Below are positions 20,529 through 31,150 of a stretch of 64,000 nucleotides of DNA, piece by piece. The stretch lies in the UHGV virus genome UHGV-1455077; one strand, 5' to 3'. A program made the position numbers and the translations under genes. Under the pieces are notes generated by a model. The model was given only the letters and a program-made list of their open reading frames with translations. It did no database searches and was not told the DNA's origin. The stretch is from a virus. Within the stretch, counting starts at the first letter, position 1. Every line of letters begins with the position of its first letter.

Positions 20529-20607
20529 TTTTTCTCCTTAATATGAAAATATTTATAGCCTTCAAACAGTAATTTTTTAATAGAAAAGTTTTTTATAAAG
20601 GATTTTT

Positions 20608-21234
20608 ATGAAATGGAATATAGAAAGAAATGAAAATAAAATAACTTTAGATTATGAATCTTATTTAAAAAATATTAGTGAAAAAGTAATTAAAAAATTG
20701 GCGGTAAAATCAATTTATAGAATTAGTGAAATATTTAAAGTTTCTATTAAGCAAATAATATTTGACAAACATTTAATTTATGTTATCTTAGATGAGGATA
20801 ATGTACCTGTTTTATTTGAGTTTTTATATTCAATTAAGACAGCATTAGATTTATATATTATTGAAAGAGAGGAAAAAATGAAAAATTTGTATCAGTTTAA
20901 ATCTATGTCTGATATGGAAAAGGTTTTTGATAAAATGCGTATTAATTATGACGATGAAGATGAACCCGTATTGACAAATGATTTTATTATTGAAGGAAAT
21001 TCGTCAACTACGTATGGTTGGCTAAAAAATGTTGCAACAAATATTGGTGTAACTAATGTGTATATTCTACAAGAAGATTATGATGGAATTATGGATAGTG
21101 ATTATCAATTTATTGATACTATTTTTTTGGATATTAAGAATATTGATTGGTTATCTTTTAAAAATGAAATTGATATTGCGGCAGATAGAGTAACATTGGA
21201 TAAAAATGGAATGTTATTGCTGTGGTGGGATTAA
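20608..21234 (+). CDS. hypothetical protein
   Basis: 208 aa ORF. Confidence 0.5.
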   Translation: MKWNIERNENKITLDYESYLKNISEKVIKKLAVKSIYRISEIFKVSIKQIIFDKHLIYVILDEDNVPVLFEFLYSIKTALDLYIIEREEKMKNLYQFKSMSDMEKVFDKMRINYDDEDEPVLTNDFIIEGNSSTTYGWLKNVATNIGVTNVYILQEDYDGIMDSDYQFIDTIFLDIKNIDWLSFKNEIDIAADRVTLDKNGMLLLWWD

Positions 21235-21256
21235 ATTAATCCCACTTCTTTTTTAT
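21226..21256 (+). terminator. rho-independent terminator
   Basis: GTGGGATTAA att TTAATCCCAC followed by TTCTTTTTT. Confidence 0.6.
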
Positions 21257-21288
21257 AAATATTATTATAATTTAAGGATGGTAAACAT

Positions 21289-22107
21289 ATGCAAAAAATT
21301 TATTTATTTGTAAAAAAAGGATATTATTATAATTTATCATCTGGTCAAACAGGAGAAACACGTATGTTCAATGTTCCAATGTATAATACTGATTTTAAAT
21401 TATGGAAAGGTATTGATAATAAAATACAATTTTCAATTCGTGACCACGACCGTAAAGCATATCCTTTAAGAGATAGAGAAATATTTTTAAATATTATTAA
21501 TACAAAATTAAATACTAAATTAGTTAAAAAATTATGGTGCTTGGATGCATATAAAGGATTATATGAAACAACTATTACAGAAGTTGAATTAAGAGATTTT
21601 GAGCCAACATCATATCAGGCATCAGTAATTACAAAAGACCCAGAAGGTCAAGAAGATATGTTATATACTGGTGTTGATTGGAATCCATTATTTAATATTA
21701 TTGTTGAAGAAGGTTTTAGAGATGTATTTAAACCATCTGTTGAATTAGACCCATCAACATTTTTACATAATTTTTATATAGATAGAGTTGATGGACAGCG
21801 TTATGATTATTATGTTTCTTCACGTATAAAAGCTGATGAAACAGATTCTCATACATCATCTATTACTGTTAAAGATTATTTTTTAGGTACTATTACAATG
21901 GAAGGTTCAGTTGAAGTTAATCCACAAGAAAATGGAGATACAGATTGGTTTCCAATTGAAACTAAAGAATATACTGATGAAACAAAAGTTGAAGCTGAAA
22001 CATTTCAATTCAATAAACAATTAAGTTGTATGTGGGTACGTTTTAAATATACAATTAAAGCCGCAAATCATAAAGGTATTATTTCTGAAATTCTTTATAG
22101 AAATTAA
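21289..22107 (+). CDS. hypothetical structural protein
   Basis: 272 aa ORF with an AAGGATGG SD. Confidence 0.5.
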   Translation: MQKIYLFVKKGYYYNLSSGQTGETRMFNVPMYNTDFKLWKGIDNKIQFSIRDHDRKAYPLRDREIFLNIINTKLNTKLVKKLWCLDAYKGLYETTITEVELRDFEPTSYQASVITKDPEGQEDMLYTGVDWNPLFNIIVEEGFRDVFKPSVELDPSTFLHNFYIDRVDGQRYDYYVSSRIKADETDSHTSSITVKDYFLGTITMEGSVEVNPQENGDTDWFPIETKEYTDETKVEAETFQFNKQLSCMWVRFKYTIKAANHKGIISEILYRN

Positions 22108-22136
22108 AAAAGAGGATATTTAATATCCTCTTTTAA
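22108..22136. terminator. bidirectional terminator
   Basis: AGAGGATAT ttaa ATATCCTCT between convergent genes. Confidence 0.65.
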
Positions 22137-23310
22137 ATTCACTTCCCCAAAAATTATAATTACCGCCTGAATTATATCCTTTAAAGAAAGAAGCTCTACC
22201 ATATTGGTTATAAGTTTGATAAGTTTTTTGAGATAAACTTATAGCCATCGAAACATCGTGAGTTTTATTTTTTGGATATTTATATACTAAATAATAATTA
22301 CCTTTTTTAGTACGGACATATACCCTATTATTTTTTTCATCATAAAATAATGTTCCGTTTGGTTTTTGAGAATCTTTTACATTTTCACTATTTCCTACAC
22401 GAAATGTTGGAGAAATAGTTATTAATGCATCTCGTAATGCAATATCTCCAATTGTACCCATTCCATCTTTTGGATTTTCATCAAAATAATATATAATATT
22501 TGGAGTTGATTGCCAAGTATTATTAACTTTTTTATATAATGTTTGTAAAATAGCTACACTTGAATACATTCCATTTGTAAATGTATATTGAGATAAACTA
22601 TCAGATTTTGTTAATTGAGCGGCATTAATAAATAAGCCATATGAATCATTAATAGTTGAAAAAACAGGATTATTATTTTTATCTAATAATTTAATAATAC
22701 CTTTTAAAATTAAAGATGTTTTAAATTTAGCAGTAACATAAACTCTATAAATATCATCACTAATTTTTACAATTCCACCATTATTAATTTGAATTTCACC
22801 AAAATCAGTATCTATTTTTTGTATATCAGCAGTATTATTACTAATATTACATAAAACATTTACGCCAAATGTTTCTTTATTGTCCATTAAACATATTGCG
22901 ATATTTGTTAACTCAACAGTTTTAACATATAAACTAAATGTATATGTTGAATTTAAATCATTATAAAAAATATATTCTGCACGATGTTCAGCATTAGTTG
23001 TTGATGCTGTCATTTTTGAACATTGATTATATGGAAATAAAACTAATGGTTCTTTTGTTATTTTTGTATTAGATTTAATCCAATTTGGAGCATTAAAATT
23101 TTCTGAATATTTAATATAATTATATAATCTTAAATATTTCGCATAATAATCACCATTTTCACCAATATCATCTGTTGGTAATTTTTTCTCATTTTTATAT
23201 AAATGCTGGTTAATTCTATCCCATTTAGTTGAATTTTTGACCCATAATGTACCGTCAAATGAAGGGGATATTAAGTCAGTTTTATGGTTAATATTAATTG
23301 AATTTTGCAT
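22120..23310 (-). CDS. hypothetical structural protein (396 aa, beta-rich; possible tail/receptor-binding protein)
   Basis: Long minus-strand ORF ending in the shared terminator. Confidence 0.5.
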   Translation of the reverse strand: MQNSININHKTDLISPSFDGTLWVKNSTKWDRINQHLYKNEKKLPTDDIGENGDYYAKYLRLYNYIKYSENFNAPNWIKSNTKITKEPLVLFPYNQCSKMTASTTNAEHRAEYIFYNDLNSTYTFSLYVKTVELTNIAICLMDNKETFGVNVLCNISNNTADIQKIDTDFGEIQINNGGIVKISDDIYRVYVTAKFKTSLILKGIIKLLDKNNNPVFSTINDSYGLFINAAQLTKSDSLSQYTFTNGMYSSVAILQTLYKKVNNTWQSTPNIIYYFDENPKDGMGTIGDIALRDALITISPTFRVGNSENVKDSQKPNGTLFYDEKNNRVYVRTKKGNYYLVYKYPKNKTHDVSMAISLSQKTYQTYNQYGRASFFKGYNSGGNYNFWGSEFKRGY

Positions 23311-23436
23311 ATTTTTCCTATATTTAAACTAATTATAATAATATTTACCCTTGTATTAAAATAAATTTGTTATTGACATTTTATCTTTTTTCATATAAAT
23401 TGGGTAAATAAAAATACAACAACTTAAAAAGGTTAT

Positions 23437-24141
23437 ATGAAAATATTGAAAAATATTGGGTTTGTTGTTTTGTTTTTATGTATCTTTACATCTCCAATAT
23501 GTTATTCTCATACATTTGCGAATAATTTATTTGGAACAAAGGTGGAAAGTAATATTCAAACAAGTGACCTTCAAACTCAAAAGAAGATAACAATATTAGA
23601 TACCCTTGCAAAAGAGAATTTAATATTAACCGAAGTAAAGAAGTTGAGGAAAAATGAGCAAGAAGATGTGGTGTGTCTTGCTTTAAATATGTACCACGAA
23701 AATAGGGGTTCCTCAATTGAAGATAGAATTGCATCAACATATGTGGTTTTTAATAGGCAATTTGATAAGCCAAATAAATCGCTATGTGATGTTATTTTTG
23801 AGAAATGGCAATTTTGTTGGACAAATAATACAAAAATTTCTGTTCCTAGAGAACTTAAAATATGGAATGAGATACAACAAGATGCTTATAAAATGTACAA
23901 AAATCCTAAATTTAAAACTTTGGCATCACAATTTCGCTTAAAACATTATGTAGCAACATATATGATACCAATGAAAACGAAGCCAAAATGGATTGATAAA
24001 AGATATTTTAAAATAGATATTGGTAAACATTCTTATATTTCATTAAATAAAGATGATGTTAAATATCAACAAACATTAATGAAATATGTTATCCAAGGCG
24101 AAAAATTAATTCACAACAAAATATTTGTTCAAAAGAGATAA
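23437..24141 (+). CDS. Secreted cell-wall hydrolase, SleB/Hydrolase_2-like
   Basis: An N-terminal signal peptide is followed by CLALNMYHENRGSS...STYVVFNR......QFCW. This matches the Hydrolase_2 motif (N.Y.EARGE...V...V.NR...QF..W). Confidence 0.55.
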   Translation: MKILKNIGFVVLFLCIFTSPICYSHTFANNLFGTKVESNIQTSDLQTQKKITILDTLAKENLILTEVKKLRKNEQEDVVCLALNMYHENRGSSIEDRIASTYVVFNRQFDKPNKSLCDVIFEKWQFCWTNNTKISVPRELKIWNEIQQDAYKMYKNPKFKTLASQFRLKHYVATYMIPMKTKPKWIDKRYFKIDIGKHSYISLNKDDVKYQQTLMKYVIQGEKLIHNKIFVQKR

Positions 24142-24160
24142 AGAAATTTATCTCTTTTTT
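24134..24160 (+). terminator. rho-independent terminator
   Basis: AGAGATAAA gaa TTTATCTCT followed by TTTTTT. Confidence 0.65.
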
Positions 24161-24241
24161 GATATAATACTTTATGCTTATACTTTTATAACACTTTATT
24201 TTTAAGTAAATATTTAAAGATATACTTAAAGGATAATTTGG

Positions 24242-24556
24242 ATGAGTTTACAGCAGTATCAATGGAAGATTAAACCAAATCATTTATACATTGTTCGAAA
24301 ATTAAACAGTTTAGTTTCTAATCAGCAAATTGAACCTAATATTATGGTTAATGGAAAAGTTAATGTATATGGTTTAAATTCAGATGTAAAACCAACATTA
24401 ATAGATGAAATGTGTTTGCCTGTTGTTAATCATAATGTTTCTGGTTTTGCGGCGTTTGAAATTATTCCAACATATCTTTATTGTCGTGGAGAAGCAGTTG
24501 AAATTATTCTTACAGGTATTGAAGTATTAGAAGATTTAGGTGAATTACAAGGATAA
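24242..24556 (+). CDS. hypothetical protein
   Basis: 104 aa ORF. Confidence 0.4.
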   Translation: MSLQQYQWKIKPNHLYIVRKLNSLVSNQQIEPNIMVNGKVNVYGLNSDVKPTLIDEMCLPVVNHNVSGFAAFEIIPTYLYCRGEAVEIILTGIEVLEDLGELQG

Positions 24557-24559
24557 TAA

Positions 24560-25684
24560 ATGGTAAAATTATTCCAATATATAAATTACATTGATTATAA
24601 TGAGTTAATCAATAAACCTTTAATTAATAAAGTTATAGTTGAAGGGGATAAATCATTAGCTGATTATGGTATTCAGCCAGCAGGAAATTATGCTCATTTA
24701 AATGAAAATGGAAAAGTTCCATTGGAAGAACTTGATGATTCATTATTAGGTAATTTACAATTTCAAACTTTATGGGATGCTGAAAATAATAATCCTCAAT
24801 TACCATTAGTTCCAACTCAAAAAGGACAATATTGGATTGTTTCAAATGGTGGAGAAAGATTTGGTTTAACATTTAATACAGGTGATTGGTTAGTAGCTGG
24901 TGATGGAGTATGGCAAAAAGTTGATAATTCAGATGCAGTAACATCAGTTAATGGTAAAATTGGTAATGTTATTTTAACTTCAAATGATATTTCTCATAAT
25001 AATGAAACAGTTGCATCTGCTATTGAATCTAAACAGGATAAATTAACCGCAGGAAAAAATATTACCATTAAAAATGATGTTATTTCCGCAGAATTTAATA
25101 CAGCTATTATAGATTATAATTTAACTTATAATAAACCATCAATTAATGGAGTTGAATTAATTAATGCGAAAACTTTAGAAGATTTTGATATACAAAGAAC
25201 TATTAAAGCAGGTGAAAATGTATATTTAACACAAAGTGAAGCTAATAAAATGTCTGATACTGTTAATGTGTATGATGCTTCTGAAACCAGAAAAGGTGTT
25301 TCAGAAATAGCTACACAGGAAGAAGTTAATACAGGTACAGATGATTTTAGATATGTAACTCCAAAAAAATTAAAAATTGTAACAAATGAAATTAATACAA
25401 CAATTCAAAATAATTATGAAACATTAGATACAAAAATTGATGATGAAATATCCAGAGCTAAAAATAAAGAAACAGAAATCAATAATGATTTAACAACACA
25501 TAAAAATTCAACGAATAATCCACATAATGTTACACCAGCACAATTAAATGTTTATACAAAAACTGAAGTTGATAATTTAATACTCGAGTTAACAAAAAAT
25601 TATAATCAAATATCTGAAACTATAATAAAATTAAATGAAAGATTAACAAAATTAGAAAACAATATTGATGGTGGTAACGCTTAA
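24560..25684 (+). CDS. Tail fibre protein
   Basis: It shares the N-terminal module Y(N/D)..INKP.IN.V.L.G.KSL.(E/D)(L/Y)GIQ..G.Y with 26330 and 27457, and has a C-terminal coiled coil. Confidence 0.6.
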   Translation: MVKLFQYINYIDYNELINKPLINKVIVEGDKSLADYGIQPAGNYAHLNENGKVPLEELDDSLLGNLQFQTLWDAENNNPQLPLVPTQKGQYWIVSNGGERFGLTFNTGDWLVAGDGVWQKVDNSDAVTSVNGKIGNVILTSNDISHNNETVASAIESKQDKLTAGKNITIKNDVISAEFNTAIIDYNLTYNKPSINGVELINAKTLEDFDIQRTIKAGENVYLTQSEANKMSDTVNVYDASETRKGVSEIATQEEVNTGTDDFRYVTPKKLKIVTNEINTTIQNNYETLDTKIDDEISRAKNKETEINNDLTTHKNSTNNPHNVTPAQLNVYTKTEVDNLILELTKNYNQISETIIKLNERLTKLENNIDGGNA

Positions 25685-25731
25685 GTTTTAATAAATATTT
25701 TTATAAAATATATTTTATAAGGAAAAATAAA

Positions 25732-26319
25732 ATGATTCAAGGAACAAAAATTTATAGTGTGTCAGTAGCAAATGCCGCTGGAGCTTCAAATGAAGAAAAA
25801 GGATTTTTAGATAATAAAAAAGTTTCTGATTATTCAGATTTTGATATTTCATTACAACCAATTGATGGTGAAACTTTAGAGCAATATAAAATTAAAGCTC
25901 GTGGTTTAGTTCGTTACAATCAAATGTGCTTAAACTTACAAAGAGGTTTAGATTATTTGGGTGAAGTTGTTACAACTGGTGCTAATCATATTACACCACC
26001 AACAAAAATTGAATTTAAATTATCTTACACTCAACCAGATGGTTTAGTTGTTGAAGTTGACAGTTCTGAATTTGCAGAAGATGATGAAATTTTTAAAACA
26101 AGAGATGGCAGAGTATTTTTCAAAGGAACAAAAGCTATTAAAAGATTAATTGCAATGGCATTGGTTGATGATTATATAGTAATTGCAAATTATTTTGATA
26201 ATACTAAAACACCATCTGGAAACCCATTGGGTTGGCAATTAAAAGAATTAGTTGTTAAAGGCCCAAGTGCAAATTTAACTACTGCCGAAGCATTAGTAAC
26301 TGTAACTGAATTATTATAA
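25732..26319 (+). CDS. hypothetical structural protein
   Basis: 195 aa ORF between the fibre genes. Confidence 0.45.
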   Translation: MIQGTKIYSVSVANAAGASNEEKGFLDNKKVSDYSDFDISLQPIDGETLEQYKIKARGLVRYNQMCLNLQRGLDYLGEVVTTGANHITPPTKIEFKLSYTQPDGLVVEVDSSEFAEDDEIFKTRDGRVFFKGTKAIKRLIAMALVDDYIVIANYFDNTKTPSGNPLGWQLKELVVKGPSANLTTAEALVTVTELL

Positions 26320-26329
26320 GGAGTAATAA

Positions 26330-27439
26330 ATGGCAACTGATACTGCTACAAAAATACAATTAAGACGTGATTCTTCTGCAAATTGGTTTGCTAATAATCC
26401 AGTTTTAGCTGAAGGTGAAATTGGTATTGAATTAGATAAAAATAGAATGAAAGTCGGAAATGGGGTTAATGCTTATAATGATTTAGAATACTTTTCTGAT
26501 ACAGTTGACTATAACAAAATGATTAATAAACCTCAAATTAATAGTGTAGGTTTAATAGGTAATTTATCTTTACACGAATTAGGTATTCAGGCTGAAGGTG
26601 AGTATGCAACATCTTTAATGTTAACAGAAGGTTTAGCTAAAAAAGCTGATAAAGAAGATACATATACAAAAACTGAAATTGATACTGAATTTTCATCAAT
26701 TGTTAGATTACCATCAATTGATGGTCACGATGGTGAGTGGTTACACGTTAAAAATGGTACTATTTTATGGGAAAGTCTTTCAAATACTGTTGTTACAAAT
26801 GAAGATTTAGCAAAAACTTTAGAAACTTATGCATTAAAAACAGATATTCCAACAAAAACTTCTGAATTAACTAATGATTCAGGATTTTTAACAAGTATTC
26901 CAGAAGAATATGTAACAGAAACTGAACTTGCATCAAAAGGATATGCAACTGTTGATTCTGTTAATAATAAAGCTGATAAAGCAACAACATTATCAGGTTA
27001 CGGAATTACAGATGTATATACAAAAACTGAATCTGATAGTAAATATGCATTACAATCTTCATTGAATACATATGCAACTAAAGAAGAATTAAATAATAAA
27101 GCTGATGAAACAGAATTATCTAATTATTTAACTAAAACAGATGCATCTTCAACTTATGCAACACAATCTAGTATGACAACAGAATTAGCTAAAAAAGCAG
27201 ATACATCTACATTATCTAATTATTTAACTAAAACAGATGCATCTTCAACTTATGCAACAAAAGCAGAATTGTCATCTAAAGCAGATACATCAGCTTTACC
27301 AGCATCAACTTCTTTAATGAATGGTTCAGCACCAACTGTTTCAGATATTAGTACAGAAACAGTTACAGATATAGCAGGTTTAATTAATGCAATTAATGCA
27401 ATTTTAGCTCAATTAAGAACACGAAATGTTATTGAATAA
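26330..27439 (+). CDS. Tail fibre protein with T(K/S)(S/T)(D/E)LTNDSGFLT and LSGYGI(T/S)D.YTKTE.D.KYA repeats
   Basis: It has the typical phage tail-fibre repeat. The tail LSNYLTKTDASSTYAT is duplicated. The C-terminal ...LAQLRTRNVIE is shared with 27457. Confidence 0.65.
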   Translation: MATDTATKIQLRRDSSANWFANNPVLAEGEIGIELDKNRMKVGNGVNAYNDLEYFSDTVDYNKMINKPQINSVGLIGNLSLHELGIQAEGEYATSLMLTEGLAKKADKEDTYTKTEIDTEFSSIVRLPSIDGHDGEWLHVKNGTILWESLSNTVVTNEDLAKTLETYALKTDIPTKTSELTNDSGFLTSIPEEYVTETELASKGYATVDSVNNKADKATTLSGYGITDVYTKTESDSKYALQSSLNTYATKEELNNKADETELSNYLTKTDASSTYATQSSMTTELAKKADTSTLSNYLTKTDASSTYATKAELSSKADTSALPASTSLMNGSAPTVSDISTETVTDIAGLINAINAILAQLRTRNVIE

Positions 27440-27456
27440 ATTAAAGGAATAATTTT

Positions 27457-28146
27457 ATGACAGAAAGAATTGATATTAAATATGTATTAAAAGATACAAA
27501 AGCAAATTGGGTAAGTTTTAATCCAACTTTGTCAAAAGGTATTATAATTTATGAAACTGATACTAATTTAATTAAGTTATGTGATGGAATTTCTGATTAT
27601 AATTCATTATCATATATTGGTGGAACAGGTGGTTCATCTACAACAGTAGATTATACATCTTTATCTAATAAACCACAAATTAATTCAATTGAATTAACAG
27701 GAAATAAAACGTTAGACCAGTTAGGTATTCAAGCTAAAGGAAATTATTTAGTTTCAACTGATTTAAATAATTATGCTTTAAAGACTGAATTGCCAACAAA
27801 AACAAGTGATTTAACAAATGATTCAGGATTTTTAACAAATATTCCTTCAGAATATGTAACAGAAACTGAATTAAATAATGAATTGCAAGATAAAGCTGAT
27901 AAAGCAACAACTTTATCTGGCTATGGCATTTCTGATGCATATACTAAAACAGAAACTGATGGTAAATATGCAACAAAAACTGAATTAGCAACTAAAGCAG
28001 ATTCAAGTGCTTTACCTGCATCTACATCATTAATGAATGGAAATGCTCCATCAATTGCTGATTTTACAGGAACTGATGCAGAAGAATTAAAAACTGAATT
28101 GAATGCATTATTAGCTCAATTAAAAACTCGTGGTGTAATTGCTTAA
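27457..28146 (+). CDS. Tail fibre protein (short paralog of 26330)
   Basis: It has the same repeat modules and C-terminal LLAQLKTRGVIA. Confidence 0.65.
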   Translation: MTERIDIKYVLKDTKANWVSFNPTLSKGIIIYETDTNLIKLCDGISDYNSLSYIGGTGGSSTTVDYTSLSNKPQINSIELTGNKTLDQLGIQAKGNYLVSTDLNNYALKTELPTKTSDLTNDSGFLTNIPSEYVTETELNNELQDKADKATTLSGYGISDAYTKTETDGKYATKTELATKADSSALPASTSLMNGNAPSIADFTGTDAEELKTELNALLAQLKTRGVIA

Positions 28147-28171
28147 TCAAATTTTTAATTTGTATAAATAA

Positions 28172-28206
28172 AAACACTTGTGATATATTTCATAAGTGTT
28201 TTTTTA
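28172..28206 (+). terminator. rho-independent terminator
   Basis: AAACACTTGTGA...TCATAAGTGTTT followed by TTTTT. Confidence 0.55.
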
Positions 28207-28218
28207 TTGGAGAAAATA

Positions 28219-29496
28219 ATGAAAAAAATTAAATGGTCTGCAATAATTACAATGATTGTTTCATTGTTAATATCAATTGTATCAGGTTATTGTACAGTTG
28301 TTGGTATGGGAAAAGTTTTTGTTTCTGCGGCGGCTGTAACTATGTTTATTGCATCAGTTATTGAATTAGGACGAGTCGTTTTAATTTATGACTTACACCA
28401 TTATTGGGAACAAATGAAATTACATCAAAAAATACCAGGTATTTTAATGTTATTAATTGCAATTACTTTATCAGCTATGGGTATTTTTGGTTTTATGTCT
28501 AATGCTCATTCTCAAAGAACTCAAGAAGTTATTCCAATTGAAATGGAAATTAAACAAAAACAATCAGAAATTAAAATATTAAACGATGCTATTATTGTAA
28601 ATAATCAACAATTAGAACAATTTAATGGAAAAGCATTTGAAAAATATACAGAAATGGGATATGTAACAAAAGCTGTAAATTTACAAAAAGAACAACAAAA
28701 AGTTACAAATAAATTATATGATGATAATCGTTCAAAGCAACAAGAAATTACCAAATTAAATCAAGAAATATTAAATTTACAACTAACAGCAGAACAAAAA
28801 GCTCCCACATTGGCACATTTAAAATATTATGCTAAATTATTTAATGTTGATAATGATACTGCTATTATTATTTTTATTGTAATGATTATGACTGTATTTG
28901 ATACTTTAGCAATGTATTTAATGATAACATCTGATTGGATTTCAAAATTAGATTATAAAAAAGAAGATGAATATGTTAATGATGAACCAGTAAATAATAA
29001 TTTAGTAAATTATAATAATAATGATATTATTGAAAGAATTGAAAATTTACTTAATAATTATAAATCTGAATTGAATGTTGAACAACAGAATGTTGATTTT
29101 TCTCCCGTATTCAATGCCATAAAACAAGATTCAGATTATCAAGTTGAATCATTAAAAAAGGTTGTAAATGAAAATAACAAATATGTATTAAATAAATTAA
29201 ATGAAGAATTTATTAAATTACAACATAATATGAAATCTGATGGTGATTTAGCAGATAAATTACAAGCTATTGAAAAATCATTACAACAAATAAAAAGTAA
29301 AGAAACTTCTGAAAATAATAATGTTATTTTTGACAATGATACCTTAAGAGTGATAAACTTGATTAACAATGGTGAAATATCTATTAGTTCGCCACAATTT
29401 AGGAATTATGTTTTAGCTAATCCATCTGTATTGGAAGATTTAAAAACATATTTCAAAGATAATAAAAAAATATTAACACAACTTAATAAATTATAG
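28219..29496 (+). CDS. Membrane-anchored coiled-coil protein
   Basis: The ATG at 28219 follows a GGAG SD. It has an N-terminal TM helix and a second TM segment near residue 230, with long coiled-coil segments. Confidence 0.45.
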   Translation: MKKIKWSAIITMIVSLLISIVSGYCTVVGMGKVFVSAAAVTMFIASVIELGRVVLIYDLHHYWEQMKLHQKIPGILMLLIAITLSAMGIFGFMSNAHSQRTQEVIPIEMEIKQKQSEIKILNDAIIVNNQQLEQFNGKAFEKYTEMGYVTKAVNLQKEQQKVTNKLYDDNRSKQQEITKLNQEILNLQLTAEQKAPTLAHLKYYAKLFNVDNDTAIIIFIVMIMTVFDTLAMYLMITSDWISKLDYKKEDEYVNDEPVNNNLVNYNNNDIIERIENLLNNYKSELNVEQQNVDFSPVFNAIKQDSDYQVESLKKVVNENNKYVLNKLNEEFIKLQHNMKSDGDLADKLQAIEKSLQQIKSKETSENNNVIFDNDTLRVINLINNGEISISSPQFRNYVLANPSVLEDLKTYFKDNKKILTQLNKL

Positions 29497-29505
29497 TGAG
29501 GAAAA

Positions 29506-29727
29506 ATGAAAACTTATAATCCAAAAAAATCTGGAAATATTATATATGTTATTGATAATGATATTGGAAAAGCATTAAATCGTTTAAGACACGAAACTGC
29601 TCCATTATTGAAAGAATTAAAAATGAAACGTTTTTTTGAATCTAATTCTGAAAAGAAAAGACGTAAAAGAAAAGAAGCAATTACTCGTGAAAAAATGAGA
29701 CAGCGTAAGGCAGAAATGTTTTTTTAA
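29506..29727 (+). CDS. small basic protein
   Basis: 73 aa with a K/R-rich C-terminus. Confidence 0.4.
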   Translation: MKTYNPKKSGNIIYVIDNDIGKALNRLRHETAPLLKELKMKRFFESNSEKKRRKRKEAITREKMRQRKAEMFF

Positions 29728-29734
29728 AAAAGTC

Positions 29735-29770
29735 AAAATGATTCTTTTATTAAGAATCATTTTTTATTTT
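29735..29770 (+). terminator. rho-independent terminator
   Basis: AAAATGATTCTT ttat AAGAATCATTTT followed by TTATTTTT. Confidence 0.6.
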
Positions 29771-29918
29771 TGCGTAAACAATTTGTATTGTGTTATTCTC
29801 ATTTTATCAAAGAAATTTTGATAAATATTTGTTGTGGGAATTTAGAAAAGCTTAATAGAATTTTTTTAGAAACGCACAATAGAATCGCAATTAGACAAGC
29901 ATTTAGGAGAGTAAAAAT

Positions 29919-31070
29919 ATGAGTACAATTGAAGAATTAAGAAAAAAAATTAACGCAAAAATTGCAAAAGCAGAATCAAATTCATCAAGTATTGGTGGCA
30001 CAATTTTTCCATTTAACAGTTTAAAAGCAGGTGATACAGTTGCTATTCGTTTTATTAACGATGGTGAACCTAATGATGTATTCTGGAGAGAAAGACGTAC
30101 CAGAACTTTTGAATTTCCAGCAGTTAGACAAGCTAATGGAATGGTTATTAATAATCGTTGTTTTGTAGATGTTCCAGCTTTTAATTTAAAAAGAGATGAA
30201 GTAATTTATAGTGATTTACCAGAAAGTTATCTTTATAAATCTGATGAAGATGTAATTCAAAAAAGAATTAAAAATTTCTGGGGTGAATCTGATGAAGAAA
30301 AAGCTTTATATTATAAGTTTGCAAGAAGAAAATCTTATGTTTTCCAAGGTTTTGTAAGAAGTGGTTTTGAAAATAATAAAGCATTAGAACCTAATAAACT
30401 TTATCGTTTTTATATTGGTGAAGATTTATTTAATGCTATTAAAACATTTTTGAATCCAACAATGGGTATTAATTGTATGCCAACTGACCCTGATAATGGT
30501 TTAGATTTTATTCTTTCAGTAACCAGTAAGAAATCAGGTAATAAAGAATTTAAGGATTATTCTATTTCTCAATGGGCAAGAACTAATTCAGCATTAACTG
30601 CTTCTGAAAGAGAAACATTAGAAATTACTAAACCTTTTGTTTTGAAGAACTTTATTTATGAACGTCCTTCACCTGAACAAGAAGAAGTAATGATTGAAAT
30701 GTTTGAAGCATCTTATAATTCTGAACCTTATGATGTTGTTAAATGGGGAAAATATTTTAAACCAAATAATATTTTCTTTGATGCTGATGGAAATATTAAA
30801 GATTTAAAATCAACTCCAAATGCAACTCCAGCACAGACAAGAGAAATTCCTGAATCAACTTGGAATGTTCATACTCCGCAACATACATATGAACAACCAG
30901 TTGCACAACCTGCTGTTCAGTATGAACAACCTGTTTCACAATTAGTTGCACAACCTGCTGTTCAGACAGCTCCACAAATTATTTCACAACATACTGAAAA
31001 TGTAAGTGGAGATAATCCAAAAGATGTTATAAATTCTATCTTGGGAAAATATAATATTCAAACAAATTAA
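29919..31070 (+). CDS. Putative ssDNA-binding protein (distant gp32-like) with a Q/P-rich C-terminal linker
   Basis: There is weak local resemblance to T4 gp32 around VAIRFINDGEPN. It lies immediately before a RecA-like ATPase. Confidence 0.3.
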   Translation: MSTIEELRKKINAKIAKAESNSSSIGGTIFPFNSLKAGDTVAIRFINDGEPNDVFWRERRTRTFEFPAVRQANGMVINNRCFVDVPAFNLKRDEVIYSDLPESYLYKSDEDVIQKRIKNFWGESDEEKALYYKFARRKSYVFQGFVRSGFENNKALEPNKLYRFYIGEDLFNAIKTFLNPTMGINCMPTDPDNGLDFILSVTSKKSGNKEFKDYSISQWARTNSALTASERETLEITKPFVLKNFIYERPSPEQEEVMIEMFEASYNSEPYDVVKWGKYFKPNNIFFDADGNIKDLKSTPNATPAQTREIPESTWNVHTPQHTYEQPVAQPAVQYEQPVSQLVAQPAVQTAPQIISQHTENVSGDNPKDVINSILGKYNIQTN

Positions 31071-31150
31071 TAATAAAAAATGGGAAAATAATATTGTTTT
31101 ATTTTCCCAACATAATTTATAATTTAATTGTATATTAAGGAGAATATTAT

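Noticed and set aside
28180-28218. Upstream ATG at 28180 for the membrane protein
   Set aside because: It lies inside the terminator hairpin and T-run. The ATG at 28219 has a GGAG SD.
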